64,000 nucleotides of DNA from Octopus bimaculoides (GCF_001194135.2 NC_068997.1:55520530-55584529); one strand, 5' to 3'. Numbered from the stretch's first letter, positions 49,793-62,825 are shown. Notes: generated by a model not told the origin, from the sequence alone. Made by a program: numbers and translations.

Positions 49793-51351
49793 TAAGAAAA
49801 TACCTCTTAATATTTGTCAGCCACAATAGACAAGCCATACAACGCTACTATTCCAATACAGCAGTAATTAATGTTTTGCAAAACTAACACTGAAGACAAT
49901 GGTGTAGACTCAAAACAAGGAAATCTACAAAACTATTTTGAGAATTTAGAATGGACAAGTAATTAATGTATCAGTAATATAACTTGTAATCGATTAAATA
50001 AGTTAGAGTTTAAAATAATTATAGTATGGAATGCTATAAATAATTTGTTTTGCAAATAGGACTGTTTTGCAGGTCTATGCAACAGCATAAAAATGGAAAG
50101 CTTTCCACACACTATACCAAATGGTATATTCTATAGCTTTGTTCTTTTTCTTTACATCTATTCAACTACACACACACATATACAGAGAAAGAGAGAAAGT
50201 GAGAGAGAGATGGAGAGATACATACACAAATATATATATAATCAGTTATGTGCTTGTGAGAGATGACAGATGGTAAAATGAGGAAAAAAAGATGATATGA
50301 TAAACCCAAATAAACACAAGTCCTACTTTTTGTACGCAACGCCTCATAATTATCTAAGTGAACAATACAGCATTTCACAAGAGAATGAAAAGTGTGCAAG
50401 ATATCGCAGCAATCTATAGAGATTCGCTGCCATGTAAGCCAATGAGTATCCGTCTTAGATAGAAATATTAACGATTCCACTCATCAACTGATTGAGCACA
50501 AGAAAAGTTGATCTGTTGATAATTCCTTGAGTTGGATGAAGTACGGGTTATCAGATAACAAGATAAAAGACATTTTACGTAGGTTGAGTGGCAATAATAG
50601 AACCCGAGTCTGAGATTTTCTAGTTTGTGTCAGACTCTAATTGCAGTCTCTATTGCAACACTACCGTTATTGTCTACATTTACAGTTAGCAGCAAGATTA
50701 CTTTCCCAGAATGATATATGCAAAATAAAGAAAAATCTCTCTCGTCTTCCTTACCTCATTCTGAAATCAATTTAGTCTCTAAAGCACTGGAAGTATGTAC
50801 AATTCCTATTAATAATTGAAATTAAACATTTGTTTTCTTTTTTTTTTTTTTTAATTTTTATGTGAATGAATGTTGTGTAGCAAAAATTTACTAAAAGCAT
50901 TCTACAGGGGGAAGGCATAAATTTGCATAATTTAAACTTGTTTCTCTGTGCTGCCATTTGAAAAATTCTAGAAATTAGTCTTTTATCGTTTATTCTTCCT
51001 TCCAAACTAATTCATGAAATTCTTCAATCAGTGAATATTAATCCTTAAAAAGTTTAAAAAAAAAAAAAAAGCATTAATTTCTATCAGGATAATAAATTGC
51101 TATGGTAATGACAATAACGATAAATTACTATGAAATAATTTCATAACATTAAAAAAATCATAGAGAGAATAAGTTATTGAGCTAACCAGCCTGGAATTAA
51201 CTTGCTCTACCCTTTCACATATTTCAATATGTATCTGGGTTAAAATATTTAAAGCAAAATACACGAAGATGAGCCAATTATGGAGTCCCTATACAAGCAT
51301 AACAGTTAAAATTTTCGCAAATTACACCCTACCATATTAATTATGGGTTTC

Positions 51352-51630
51352 CAATTTTGACACAAGGCCAGCAATTTCAGGGGCGAGGTAGAAGTCGATT
51401 ACATCAACTCCAATGCTCAACTTGCATGTATTTTATCAACCTCAAAAGGATGAAAAGCAAAGTCCACCTTGATGACATTTGAACTCATAACATAAAGATG
51501 GACAAAATGCTGCTAACTATTTTGCTTGGTCTTCTTTTATTCTTTTATTTGTTTCAGTCCTTTGACTACAGCCATGCTGGAGCACTGCCTTTAATATGTT
51601 AATGATTTTGCCAGCTCGTTATCTTAATAT
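51352..51630 (-). mobile_element. SINE B split by an inserted family A 3'-end fragment (51531-51597)
   Basis: B body at 51352-51530 and the remainder of the B head (TTTTGCCAGCTCG) at ~51607-51630; between them CTTCTTTTATTCTTTTATTTGTTTCAGTCCTTTGACTACAGCCATGCTGGAGCACTGCC. Confidence 0.7.
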
Positions 51631-51989
51631 ATCAATTATTAATAAAAAATTAACATTTGGATAGAAGGTATAACCGCAGATGCACTTTGACCGAAAAAAT
51701 TGGGATGGTCATGGCTGGAACATCTTTGATTATAAGTTTGCTTCATTAGGGCTGAAAAGCAACAACTAAGTTACTAATTACTAACAAGCATCCAGTCCAA
51801 GAGACAGATTTTAACCATTCATAAGTTAGTAGTCATCTATACTAAAGTAGCATGGGAAATGTTTAACTTCTAAACATTTTGAATGAGAAATAATTCCTTG
51901 GAACAAAAATGGAGATTTCTCATCTAATATTTTCCATTACAATAAATGTAATGCAGCAGAAGTTGACCAAAAACACTCTGCAGCTTGTG

Positions 51990-52130
51990 GTGTGGCTGTG
52001 TGATAAGAAGCTTGCTTCCCAACCACAGGTTCTAGGTTCAGTCCCACTGCATGGTACCTTGGGCAAGTGTCTTTTGCTATAAGCCTTGTGAGTGGATTTG
52101 GTAAACAGAAACTGAAATAAGCCCATCGTA
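51990..52130 (+). mobile_element. SINE family A 5' half, internally shortened, with (TA)n
   Basis: GTGTGGCTGTGTGATAAGAAGCTTGCTTCCCAACCAC...GTACCTTGGGCAAGTGTCTT...AAGCCTTGTGAGTGGATTTGGTAAACAGAAACTGAAATAAGCCC. Confidence 0.85.
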
Positions 52131-52132
52131 TA

Positions 52133-52180
<48 letters not shown>

Positions 52181-52560
52181 ATATTTATGGGGAAACAATA
52201 GCAGGAGAAGTTTTTAGCAAAGAATAACTGCCCCTATTCCACATGATTGTAAGCAAAAAGCATTAAGCAAGGTTCCATGCTGTGTTGTTACTAAGCACTA
52301 ACAAAGCTGGGTTCTTCATTTGAACAAGATATGAGAGCTGTTGAGTGTGTTGTTTACTAAGTTTAAGAACAGCAGTTCTAAGTACAGTGAGAAATTTCAA
52401 GTACAATAGGTTATATATTTGAGTCTGATCTGTCCTCTGTCCTGTTCTCTTCATTATAAATTTTGAGTTACTAGTGACCATTGGATTTCATTGAAGATTC
52501 TTTCAACATAGTAAAAAGAAATCTGCAGAAAACAAAGGCCTGGATGTTGATAAAACATAG

Positions 52561-52702
52561 ATCGAAGTACTAGCAATCTACAAAGAACATACCGTTCCAG
52601 GTTGTATGGAAAGTGGCATTGTTCAATATGAAGATTTTTCAGTACCAGTAGATAAAAGAAAATATATCATATCAGCATTGGAATTTTTAAAACTTGTTAT
52701 GT
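52561..52702 (+). other. Candidate coding exon or decayed ORF (IEVLAIYKEHTVPGCMESGIVQYEDFSVPVDKRKYIISALEFLKLVM)
   Basis: 47 open codons of protein-like composition ending at a strong GT|GTGAGT donor. The acceptor (AAAACATAG) is weak, and the same frame continues upstream past one TAG (KSAENKGLDVDKT*). Confidence 0.25.
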
Positions 52703-53224
52703 GTGAGTAACACACACATATACAAAACATACAGTAGCCCCAGCCATGCTGTTATTCACAATGCATGCATACATACATACATACATACATACATACATAC
52801 GTGTGTGTGTGTATTTTATATCTATGTAAAACAAATTTGTCCATTCTTTACTCTAACACTATCTTGCTGTAGACATTAAGCATACTTTCTACAGATATTG
52901 ACAACAATATATCAAAACATGTGAAGTTTTATATATTTTATGAAATATTGACAAACAAAAGACACACACACAAAAAAAATTAAATAAAAAGGCAGGGAGA
53001 CATTGAACCATAGACACAAAAATCTTTGAAGATGCTTGAAATTAAAACAAATATTTAAAAGAGGAAAATTTGTCATAATGCAGATGTTAATTAAAATATC
53101 TTAAAAAAATGAATCCCCTAGAAATTTAGAGAACGGTTTGTATTTAAAATTTATATTTCACCATTTCAAAGAGAAGTGAATTCTGTTCTAACATGCAAGC
53201 ACTTACTGATGCATATGTTTGTTT

Positions 53225-53360
53225 ATTCTTGTACTGGTTTCAATCATTAAGCTGTGGCCATGCTGGGGCAGAGCCTTCAAGGGTTTAGTTGAACAAATCG
53301 CCCCAGTACTTATTTCAAGCTTTTTATTTATTCTGTCGATCTCTGTTTACTGAACTACAT
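53225..53360 (-). mobile_element. Family A 3' half
   Basis: TTCTTGTACTGGTTTCAATCATTAAGCTGTGGCCATGCTGGGGCAG...GAACAAATCGCCCCAGTACTTATT. Confidence 0.7.
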
Positions 53361-56019
53361 AAAACAATGAATCTTCTGTCTATACAGGGAAAGCAAAAGA
53401 GAGTGCAAGGTCAATGTTGTAAGAATTTGGTTAAGTAATTAGTAATTAGTAATTAGTAATCATATGGCACAGAAATAATGAGAAAACCAAAAATTATCAT
53501 TTTACACAAAGGTAAGCACTAATATATTTCCAATTTCTTTATTTAGCTCTAATTATGGTTTTCTTATTTGAAAGTCTTCAGAATTATAACCAATTTAACA
53601 ATTTCCTGGATTAATTAATGTCACAATTACATAAGGTGAATAAACATTGTTGAACTCTTAATGAATAGTGGCTTTGTTCCACAAACACGTACTCTTGCTT
53701 TCATTGACAGAAGTAGATATATCGCTCATCTAATCTGTCATATTAAGAAGCAAGACATTTTAATTGCCGCTAATTAATAATACGTTATTAAAAAATAACT
53801 TAGTAGTGTCCCTGTACTATAGAAAACATTCCATTCTAGAGACAATTTTCAGGAACAATGAATGTTACACAAATTCTTAACAACCTTGTTGTCATAGTAA
53901 CAATCATCTTCAGATGTTGGTATAGGCATGGACATGTAATTAGGGGGCTTAGTTTGCAATCAAATATTTATAGGATCAATACCACTATTTGGCATTTTGA
54001 GCAAAGGACTTTTATCAATGCCTTAAATATTCCCAAGTTTTGTGAGTGAAATGGAGTAGACAGTAGCTCTTTTGATCAACTATACTTGTTCCTGGGTAGC
54101 AGATTTAATTTATGACTCATTTTTACATCCATAATTGGCTCTTGAATAGCTTTACTAAAGTCCATTCTAATGAGTAAACAGATCATGTCCTCTGTTAGGT
54201 AGAACTCAATAACTTAGCATGCAGTTTCCAACAGCAACAACTGTGCTTTCTGTCTTTCTCTCTTGCCTCCCAACTAGGAAGCCTTGTGAAGAAGGTGATG
54301 GTTTCTACCTTCTCATTTCCTCAACTAGTTTCAGCAACTCTATGAAATAAACAAATGGCACGGCTCTTCCAGTTCTGATTAACCATTAACCCTCCCTCAA
54401 CATCATCATTACAACCCCACTACTCACCATCTTACATCAACCATTCCAAATTAACACTGGCAGATCTTACTGCTTTGATCACATTACAACCATGTATAAC
54501 AGCATCAGAAAAGAACAGATGGTAAATGGGTTCAAGCCCTGATTTTTGCCATGGTTTCAAAGTATTAACTTGATATAAATTCATTAGAAACATTTGTGGA
54601 ACAATTAATATTCAAGATTTTCCAAAAGAAAGAAGACAGACTTGCACTAAAAAAAAAAAAAAAATCATACTTTTATGATCAACGTGTAAAGAAATCAAAC
54701 GAAAGCAAGGTAAACTGAAACAGACGGATCTTTTGAAGAGATATCTTGATCTGGTGACAATTGCAGAGATAAAAGTTATAAAGAGATATAGTAAATAAAA
54801 TATTATAGCTTGAGTTTCTTTGGAATTATTGTAGTTCTTCATAAAAAAAAATATGGTGTTTAGTCCATGAAGATCAAGACAGAATCTACAGATATGTCTA
54901 CCCATACATATATAAAATATCATTTTACTTCAGAAAATAAAAGTCAAAAGATAAATTCATTTTGTTGCATTGATGGATTGCAATTTAATGAGATCTTTTT
55001 CCTTATCACTGAAGCTGTCTCTAAGTTTGCCTTTTATGATCAATCAAAAAAAAAGACACAATTATTAGATGAACAAAAATAAGTAAATAAATAAATAAAG
55101 TTGAAAAATGAAAAAAAAAAAAAAAGATTTGTAAAGAAATAGCAGATATGTTTTAAAAGAAAATAAACATTCTATATATAATTTGGGAAATATTTTCTTT
55201 TTTGTTTATACATGATAGAAAAAGTGAAGAATGTACTGATAATGAGAAATTGCTTGCAAACAAAGTATGGCGTGTAGTACATAAAAGAAGAAGAAAAAAG
55301 AAAAAGAGATAGAAACAAAAAGAAGAGAGAGAGAGAGAGATGCGAAAATAAAGTGGCATTGTATCGTACATAGAGTTCTGAGGAAAGAAAAGAAAGACTA
55401 TAGAACAAACTTTTTGAAAAAGTGGAGAACAATCTCTGAACTGTTACTTTAGATCACGTAAAAATCAATAACCTGTACATTGTGTAAGATACTATTGAGT
55501 TTTTGTGATGTCTTTAAGTTGGTTGATGTCTTTAAGCTGTCCATATGAAGTGTTCAAAGAAATGCCAAGTCAGAAAATGCTGATATAGTGGCAATATTTA
55601 GATAAATTTTCCCCAAAAGTGGTATATAGACAATTGTTCTTCAGCCTTGAGCTTTATCTAATGCCTCGATGATACCTATGCCTGACATCCCACAAGAGAA
55701 ATCAAAACCATAAGCTTACATGGTTACATTTAAAATAAATGCATTCTCCAGTCACAAGATATTCCATGTTTTCAACACCAAACTGAATAGAAAAAAAAAT
55801 TCTAAGTTGCCCTGAAATTATAGCTTTTTTTTCCCCTTTCGTTTTCTTAAATTAGTTTTGTAAACGCATTATCATTGGACAATAAATTAGTGGCATCAGT
55901 CTCAACAGACTGCAAAGAAAAAGAATCTCGTAGGATGATGGTTTGTTACACCGATACAGAGATAAGGTTGTCTATTATCTCTCAGCTAAAATTTCACTTT
56001 GTGAGAGAATACATTTAAG

Positions 56020-56039
56020 CACAATATATATATATATAT

Positions 56040-56075
<36 letters not shown>

Positions 56076-56310
56076 GCATCTGTGTGTGATTGTGTGTGTG
56101 TATATACATGTAGTATGTGTGCAGGTCTATACGCATATAAATATATGTATACACACACACACATGGAGGTATGCGTGTGTGCATAAAGAAAAGTGTGGGT
56201 GAAAGTATGTGATCTATGACAAGTTGCTAAAACGTGAATTTCACACTTACACATATACATACACACACACACACATACATACATATACACATATATATAT
56301 AAAAGTGTGT
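56020..56310. repeat. Compound (TA)/(TG)/(CA) microsatellite field
   Basis: Directly visible; similar fields at 52770-52815, 59570-59772 and (TCTA)n 62730-62870. Confidence 0.95.
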
Positions 56311-56599
56311 ATACATATGAAAAGTAATGATAATAGATAACCATCCCAAAATAAATTTATATACTTTCAATTTTTGCTTGACTTTGAGTTTGTTTACTGA
56401 TAATGTGAAAGATTTCTGTTAACTGAGTCAGTTGAAAATGTATTTAACACCTACACAAACCCTCGTGGAAATATCATCGACTCAAAGATTCACATTTTGA
56501 TGCTCTTTTATTTCGAATTTTTTAACAATTTCAATAGTTTCCTGTGAAATACTAACAAAGGAAATATTACAAAGGCTTTAGGAATCTCATTATTCTATC

Positions 56600-56795
56600 A
56601 TTTTCTGGCAACCTTCTGAGCATTGATTCAAAGGTCCCACGATCCTGCTACAACTAGTAGCCAGATCTTTCTCAAATGATACCATGGTACTCGTAGTCTT
56701 TGATAGCCTCAAATTGATGTGATGATCATAGCTGGAATGTTTTACTGCTTTTCTCTTCTGAGTCAGGGATGACTTAGGGCCAAATAACAGCAACA
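56600..56795 (-). mobile_element. Family E copy
   Basis: CAACTAGTAGCCAGATCTTTCTCAAAT...CATAGCTGGAATG...AGTCAGGGATGACTTAGGGCCAAATAACAGCAACAAC. Confidence 0.55.
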
Positions 56796-57334
56796 ACACC
56801 CTATTGCTCCATAGAATTTTAAAATATTGAGATGTTCCACCAGCTAAAATTTAATCCCTTCATAAACTGATAACAGACAAGTCCCTTCCTGGAAAGGAAG
56901 CCAGTCTGTTTAAGGTGACATTTCCAGAAATTCTGTTAGTAATTCCTTACAGTTAGATATACTAAAGAATGTAGAATAAAAGATTTGTCCAACAGCAAAA
57001 TGTCTTAATAGCTTTTAAAGGAAAAACTAAGAAGCTAGAAGTCAAAGACTTTATCCATTCAGCTAACACCCCCCACCCACGAAGAAAGAGATAATCTACA
57101 TACTTATAAAAATAGAACTGAGTTTGTGATATTCATGCATTTCTTGAATATATTATCGACTTATGAGAAGAGAACCAATTTATATCAATAATTTAAACTA
57201 TTTTTTTCACTTTCTTATACACTGAAATTTAAAAATAATCATTTCATTTTCTAAATTTGATTATATAAAGGGAAATAAATTCTAAAATGAATTTTTTACC
57301 CTCATTCAGATTCATTTATGAATCCTCACTATCT

Positions 57335-57610
57335 TATCATCATCACTATGATCTTTAAACATCCACCTTTCATGCTGGTATGGGTATGGCAGGTTGACAC
57401 AATGCAACTGGTCGGAAGACTGTATTGTGCTCTAATTTCTAGTTTAGCATGATTTCTACAGCTAGATGCCCTTCCTAACAGAAATCCCTTTAAGAATGTA
57501 CCGGGTGCTTTTTTTCATGGCATCAGCACTAGTGAGATTGCCATGTGACTCACAAGACTACAATCCTCTTTGACTGAGTGGGGTTACTGTAGAAAGGAAG
57601 GTAGTTTTAT
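57335..57610 (-). mobile_element. Family C RTE 3' UTR copy
   Basis: CATCATC...TTTAAACATCCACCTTTCATGCTGGTATGGGT...TTCTACAGCTAGATGCCCTTCCTAAC...GGGTGCTTTTTTTCATGGCA. Confidence 0.75.
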
Positions 57611-59024
57611 GCTGGGAGGGGTTAAAATAAATGTTTTGGAGTCATATTTGTTTGGCAAAGACTTGATCTGAGATCATTAGCAAGAGCTAAAATTCTTGCA
57701 GCATAAAAAAACTCACCATCTGAAATACATATATACTGTTACATTCACTTTTGCTTTATTGTTTTAATGTTATATACCATAATGTGTTGAAAACTTTCGT
57801 TGTATATCTCAGATCTGGTTATTAATACAAATCCAGAGAGTAAGTATTTGTACGATGATACAAGTTTGTAAATTATAAGCAGAAAGAGAGAAATGAAACA
57901 CAAACCGACAGGAATCAAATACATATGTCACACAGCCAACAAAATAAGAATCATAGCTGACATCATAAGAATTTATAAACTTTCAAGAGAATGTGGAATA
58001 ATTCTTTCTGAGAATCAGATATCAAAGAACATATAAAGCTATAACTAACAGCATGTAAATATTGGAGAGAAAAAGTTGAAGATCCACAGGCTCCCTCCAA
58101 CACTTCCAACCCAATATTTACATACCATTATGTACAGCTTCGTATGTACTTCAAAATCCAATTCCAGCAAAAGAACAGACATTGCATTATATGAACACAG
58201 CCAATTATCATGCTCTTTTGAGTCAGTAAAACTAGTGTTACTTTAATATTAAACACAAATTTAGGGAGATTTCCCCTATTTCCTTCTAGATTAATAAGTT
58301 ACACACACATATATCAATGACCTGCAGGGACACCATATTTTGTTATGGAACCCTAACAAACTACAAAGTATATTAGACTTTTTTACAAGTCAATGGGTTG
58401 TTTGGTTGCTGGAGAAGGAGAGAAAACTCCTAGAATATGGACTATATGTCTGTTAACCATTTTTCATGTCATCATCATCATTTAACATCCGTTTTCTGTG
58501 TTTCACTCTTGAATTCTTGCTTATAAATCTCTACCATTAAATACAGTTTGCCTAAAATTTGTTTAGCTATTGCATCTATTGTGTGTGTGTGTGTGAGTGG
58601 GTGGGTGTGTGTGTGTATGCATGTTTCTGAGTTTCTGAAATAAATGGGTTGTATTTAAGAAAAAAGGAAATGTGAGCTATGTTTACAGAGGGACAAATCT
58701 TAAGGTAAAAGCAATATATAATATTTTGATATAAAGGCATTATTCTAAGTCAGCTGGTTCCTAGTTATAAAAACATTATACAATCTCTCTGGTTTCCATG
58801 ATGTTAAACAGATGAGGGAGAAAAAAAACAACAACTTTACTTGAAAAAAGATGCTTATTGAAGGCGGGGGCAGTTGCATTGTTCAGAATTACTTTGTATT
58901 TTTTTTTATGGCTATGTAAACTGAGACATGTAGAATAAATAACATTGACTTTCCCTGGACTGCAAAGAAGCACCTCGTGTAAAATAGCAATTTAGGAATC
59001 AAGAACTGATTACCTATCAATAAT

Positions 59025-59055
<31 letters not shown>

Positions 59056-59058
59056 CTA

Positions 59059-59545
59059 AAGGCACAAGGTTTGAAATTTTGGAAGAAAGGTGTAGTCAAT
59101 TACATTGACCCCAGTACATAACTGGTACTTCTTTTACTGATCCTGAAAGGATGAAGGGCAAAGTCGACCTCAGCAGATTTGGAACTCGGAATGCAAAACC
59201 AGATGAAATGTCTCTAAGAACTTCTGTCTGAGACCGGAACCATTTTGGCAGCTCCCTACCTTATTAATAATACAATAGTTTCATCATTGATCTATTTAAT
59301 TCTTTTATTCTTTTACTTGTTTCAGGTATTTGACACTGTTGTCATGCTGGAGCACCACCTTGAAGGGTTTTAGTCAAACAAATTGACCTCAGGACTAATT
59401 TTGTTTAAGCCTAGTAATTATCTTATCAGTTTTGTTTGCAGAACTGCAAAGTTATGGGAACATAAACACACCAACACCAGTTGTCAAGCAGTGATAAATG
59501 GACAAGCACACACCCACACACACATATATACACAGACATGTTTGT
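59059..59545 (-). mobile_element. SINE B (59059-59262) and family A 3' half (59300-59545)
   Basis: CTGGTACTTCTTTTACTGATCCTGAAAGGATGAAGGGCAAGTCGACCTC...TTTTGGCAGCTCCCTACC; TTCTTTTACTTGTTTCAG...CATGCTGGAGCACCACC...ACACCAACACCAGTTGTCAAGCAGTG. Confidence 0.8.
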
Positions 59546-59580
59546 GTGTATGTGAATGCATGTATGCAGGTAGGTATGTG

Positions 59581-59614
<34 letters not shown>

Positions 59615-61458
59615 TATATATACTCTTTCCTGAGTGGGAATATACTTTTTTCCATAAACACACACTCACATGCACTCAAATACTCACACACATATGCTAC
59701 ACATATATGATACATATATACACACACACACTTATACACATGGTGGGGTGCATGTTAGAGAGAGAGAGAGAGTGCTAATTATTTGCAGAGATTATGTATA
59801 GATTGTTGTTCACAGAATGTTTTTGCTCTGTTTGCTGACGGCAGTTGTTTGTATTTTTAATTAAATATCTGATAATATATTTTAAGCTTTATAATGAATT
59901 TGTGGAAGTTATAAAAAACATTATGAGAGCTCAAGGATCAGTTTAATAATCTCGATTATAAAGCATTTTTCTCTCTATTCTAATGCAGAATCTTATAGCA
60001 TTTGAAGTATAATTTTGTGGAAATGAAAAATTTAATTTCTAAACTTCATAAATACAATGAAAATGAGTTTCAGCTGAAGAAAAGTTTACAATATATATTT
60101 ATTTCTAGTTAGAGAGGATGTCTCTAGTGTTGATATGCTTTCATAGAAGAGATATAGAAGTGATCTTTTTGTTAACTTATCAATTTGGAAACCATTTCAT
60201 ATGCAATTAAATATCATTCATGTATTTTTTTTGTTTTTGTTTCTCTTAATATCAATTTATTAACTTGCATTCATTTAGTTATGCCTTGCTTATTTTCTCA
60301 AGAAATCTTCCTGAAGCTCTTCAGCTCCAAAGATGTTTTAATAAGAGGAGGATTCTTTATGATGTTTTCAATTTATATGAATCATAACGTAACTTTTATT
60401 ATTTGTTATTATCTTATGTAATAATATCAATTTCTTTTATAGAATTTTGGAGGTAGCGTCTGATTTGCAGTTAATAAGCTTTTTCATATTTTCTGCTACA
60501 GAAAATCTCTTTCTGATGACTATAATTTCAAGGAGACTGAGCAAGCTAGAGGAGAAAATTATCAAGACTGCAAAGTTTATATCACATTTTTCCATTAGTT
60601 AAGAAGCAATATTAAACTTCAAGTCTGATTCTGCTCTTACTAAGTGTTTTTATTTATCTTACATACAGTACAGATGCATCTTTTTACGGTTTCTGGGTTC
60701 AATTTCACAGTACGACATCTTAACAAAATGTCTTCTGTAATAGATTGAGAATTGCCCGAAGCCTTTTGAGGGAAATTTCATTGATGTAAACTGGGTGAAG
60801 GAATCGAATCCTGTTGCTGCATTTAATCTGTTGCTCAGTTTAGCTGAGTCCAATCTGTTGCAAACATCCAGGTTAGAGGTGGAGAATTAGGTCTCCAGTT
60901 TGAAAATAACTTTCTGCCTTTTTCCCTCCCACCACCAGCCTTGAAGTCCCAGAAAAATGGTCGTGGATTTCTCTTTTGACTAAGCAATAAAAAAAATTTA
61001 AAAAATTTTAAGATTTTAAAACATTCCTGTAAATTTTAGTTGATAGTTGAAATTAAAATGACATTTTGGCACTATAACTTTCTACCACTGACAGCGGGAA
61101 GAGAATTCTTGAGAAAACAAAAAGGAAGATTGTGATTTTTATCTTTTCCAAAAGTCATTACACTGTAACCAATAATACCTCATTATGAGGTTTAATCTTT
61201 TAATGTAATTAAAACAGTGGAAACATTATTATCTCTGATGACCCTGCTTACCATGAATGAATTATGAATAAATTACATGACAATTATAATTACAAGCATC
61301 ATCATTACAATAATGAGTATAATTATGAACCCTCATTAGGTTAATAACAACTCTTATTGTAACTGTTAATTACTGCTGTAAGATAGAAAAAAAGAAACGA
61401 CATATTTATGTCTTGTGTGAGTGTGATAAAGCCATTTATTTATGCTCCGCTGGTTATG

Positions 61459-61694
61459 TAACCTTATTTCTTTGGTTACCATATATCTGTTGAAATACAC
61501 TGCCGCTTTTTCAATTAATTTTCAAAATAATGAAGAATTTAGTAAAATAACTATCATTATTATTAAGCTGGTGTTTGCCACATAAACTGATTTGAGATTT
61601 TAATGGAAGGCTTTAATTTAGATAATTGTAAAACAGGAAATTTCAATCGGAGAACCAAAGCCAGTCTCAGATAGGTTGGTATCGAAAGTGTTAA
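61459..61694 (+). mobile_element. Family D MITE, near full length (~235 bp, piggyBac-type TTAA end)
   Basis: Decayed TAACC...GGTTACCATATATCTGTTGAAATACAC at the start, TTGGTATCGAAAGTGTTAA at the end; the 5' end TTAACCCTTTTGTAACC is better kept in the 21284 copy. Confidence 0.7.
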
Positions 61695-61699
61695 AGTGC

Positions 61700-61960
61700 A
61701 CGTATGACAAAGCAAGCCAAAGCTGAGAGAAGGGAGGACTGGGCTAGTACGAAGAGGTGAGAGTAACAGAAGACAACAATTTGGTAAAAATGAATAAAAA
61801 AACCTACAAAAAAAAACAACAAAGGGACATGAGAAAGTAAAGTAACTGGAAGAAGAAGATGGAGATGTTTATGAACAACAAGTGGGGGAGATGCTGTGCT
61901 GGAGAGGTAACATCCAACCCATACCAGCACTGACAAATGGACATGATGATGATGATGGTT
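61700..61960 (+). mobile_element. Heavily decayed RTE-LINE 3' end
   Basis: KLREGR...TEDNNLVK-like fragments, then CCAACCCATACCAGCACTGACAAATGGACATGATGATGATGAT tail. Confidence 0.5.
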
Positions 61961-62788
61961 ATCATTGGAAAATTCATGATGGTTTAGTTACTCCTGATAT
62001 CTCTCAGTAACTTTTTTGTAACTATTTTACTTTTTCTTACATTTTTTTTCTTTTTCCCTTTGTAACATTTACTTCGTATTAGTCTTGTAAGATTATGTAA
62101 CAGCGCATTATCCAGGGTAGCACTTAACCATTTTACTTTAACAATGTTGTGTATAAATAAACATACACAGAAATAAACAAAGAATTTAAAATATTTTAGC
62201 TCTCAACTGTTATAATATGAACAAAAGCAAAAGAGAAAAAAACGAAACAAAACCAAAAAATACAGTATATTGTTTTAGAGCATTATCTAAATTTTGCTCT
62301 GCTATTTACATTAAATGTAAGCCAAATGATAATTTATCTGTACTGTAGTTTTACTTCTACACATAGCCTCAGGAATTTCTTGATGCATAGTGATACTGAT
62401 CCAAAACAATAACATTAAACAAACCTTCATAATATGGCATCGTTACAGGAATACCCAGGGCAAAATTCTGTAGATAGTCTATTGTCATTCGATTGGTCCA
62501 TTTTGGCAACAAAATATGTCTTTCTCTGAAGAAAGGACGGTGTTTACTTTGCCATTTTCTTTCTTGCTATCTGCCAGCAGCATTATTCCATGTTAAAAAC
62601 AATGTTAATAATAATCATAAATATATTGATAACTACAGACTTTGTTCTCTAATTGTTATCGAGCTGAAATGAAGCTGGACAAGGGCCAATGCAAGAAATA
62701 CCACTGCAGTAGCTGGAGGAATATAGGAATCTATCTATATGTTATCTATCTATCTATCTATTTATCTATCTATCCATTTATATATATC

Positions 62789-62825
<37 letters not shown>

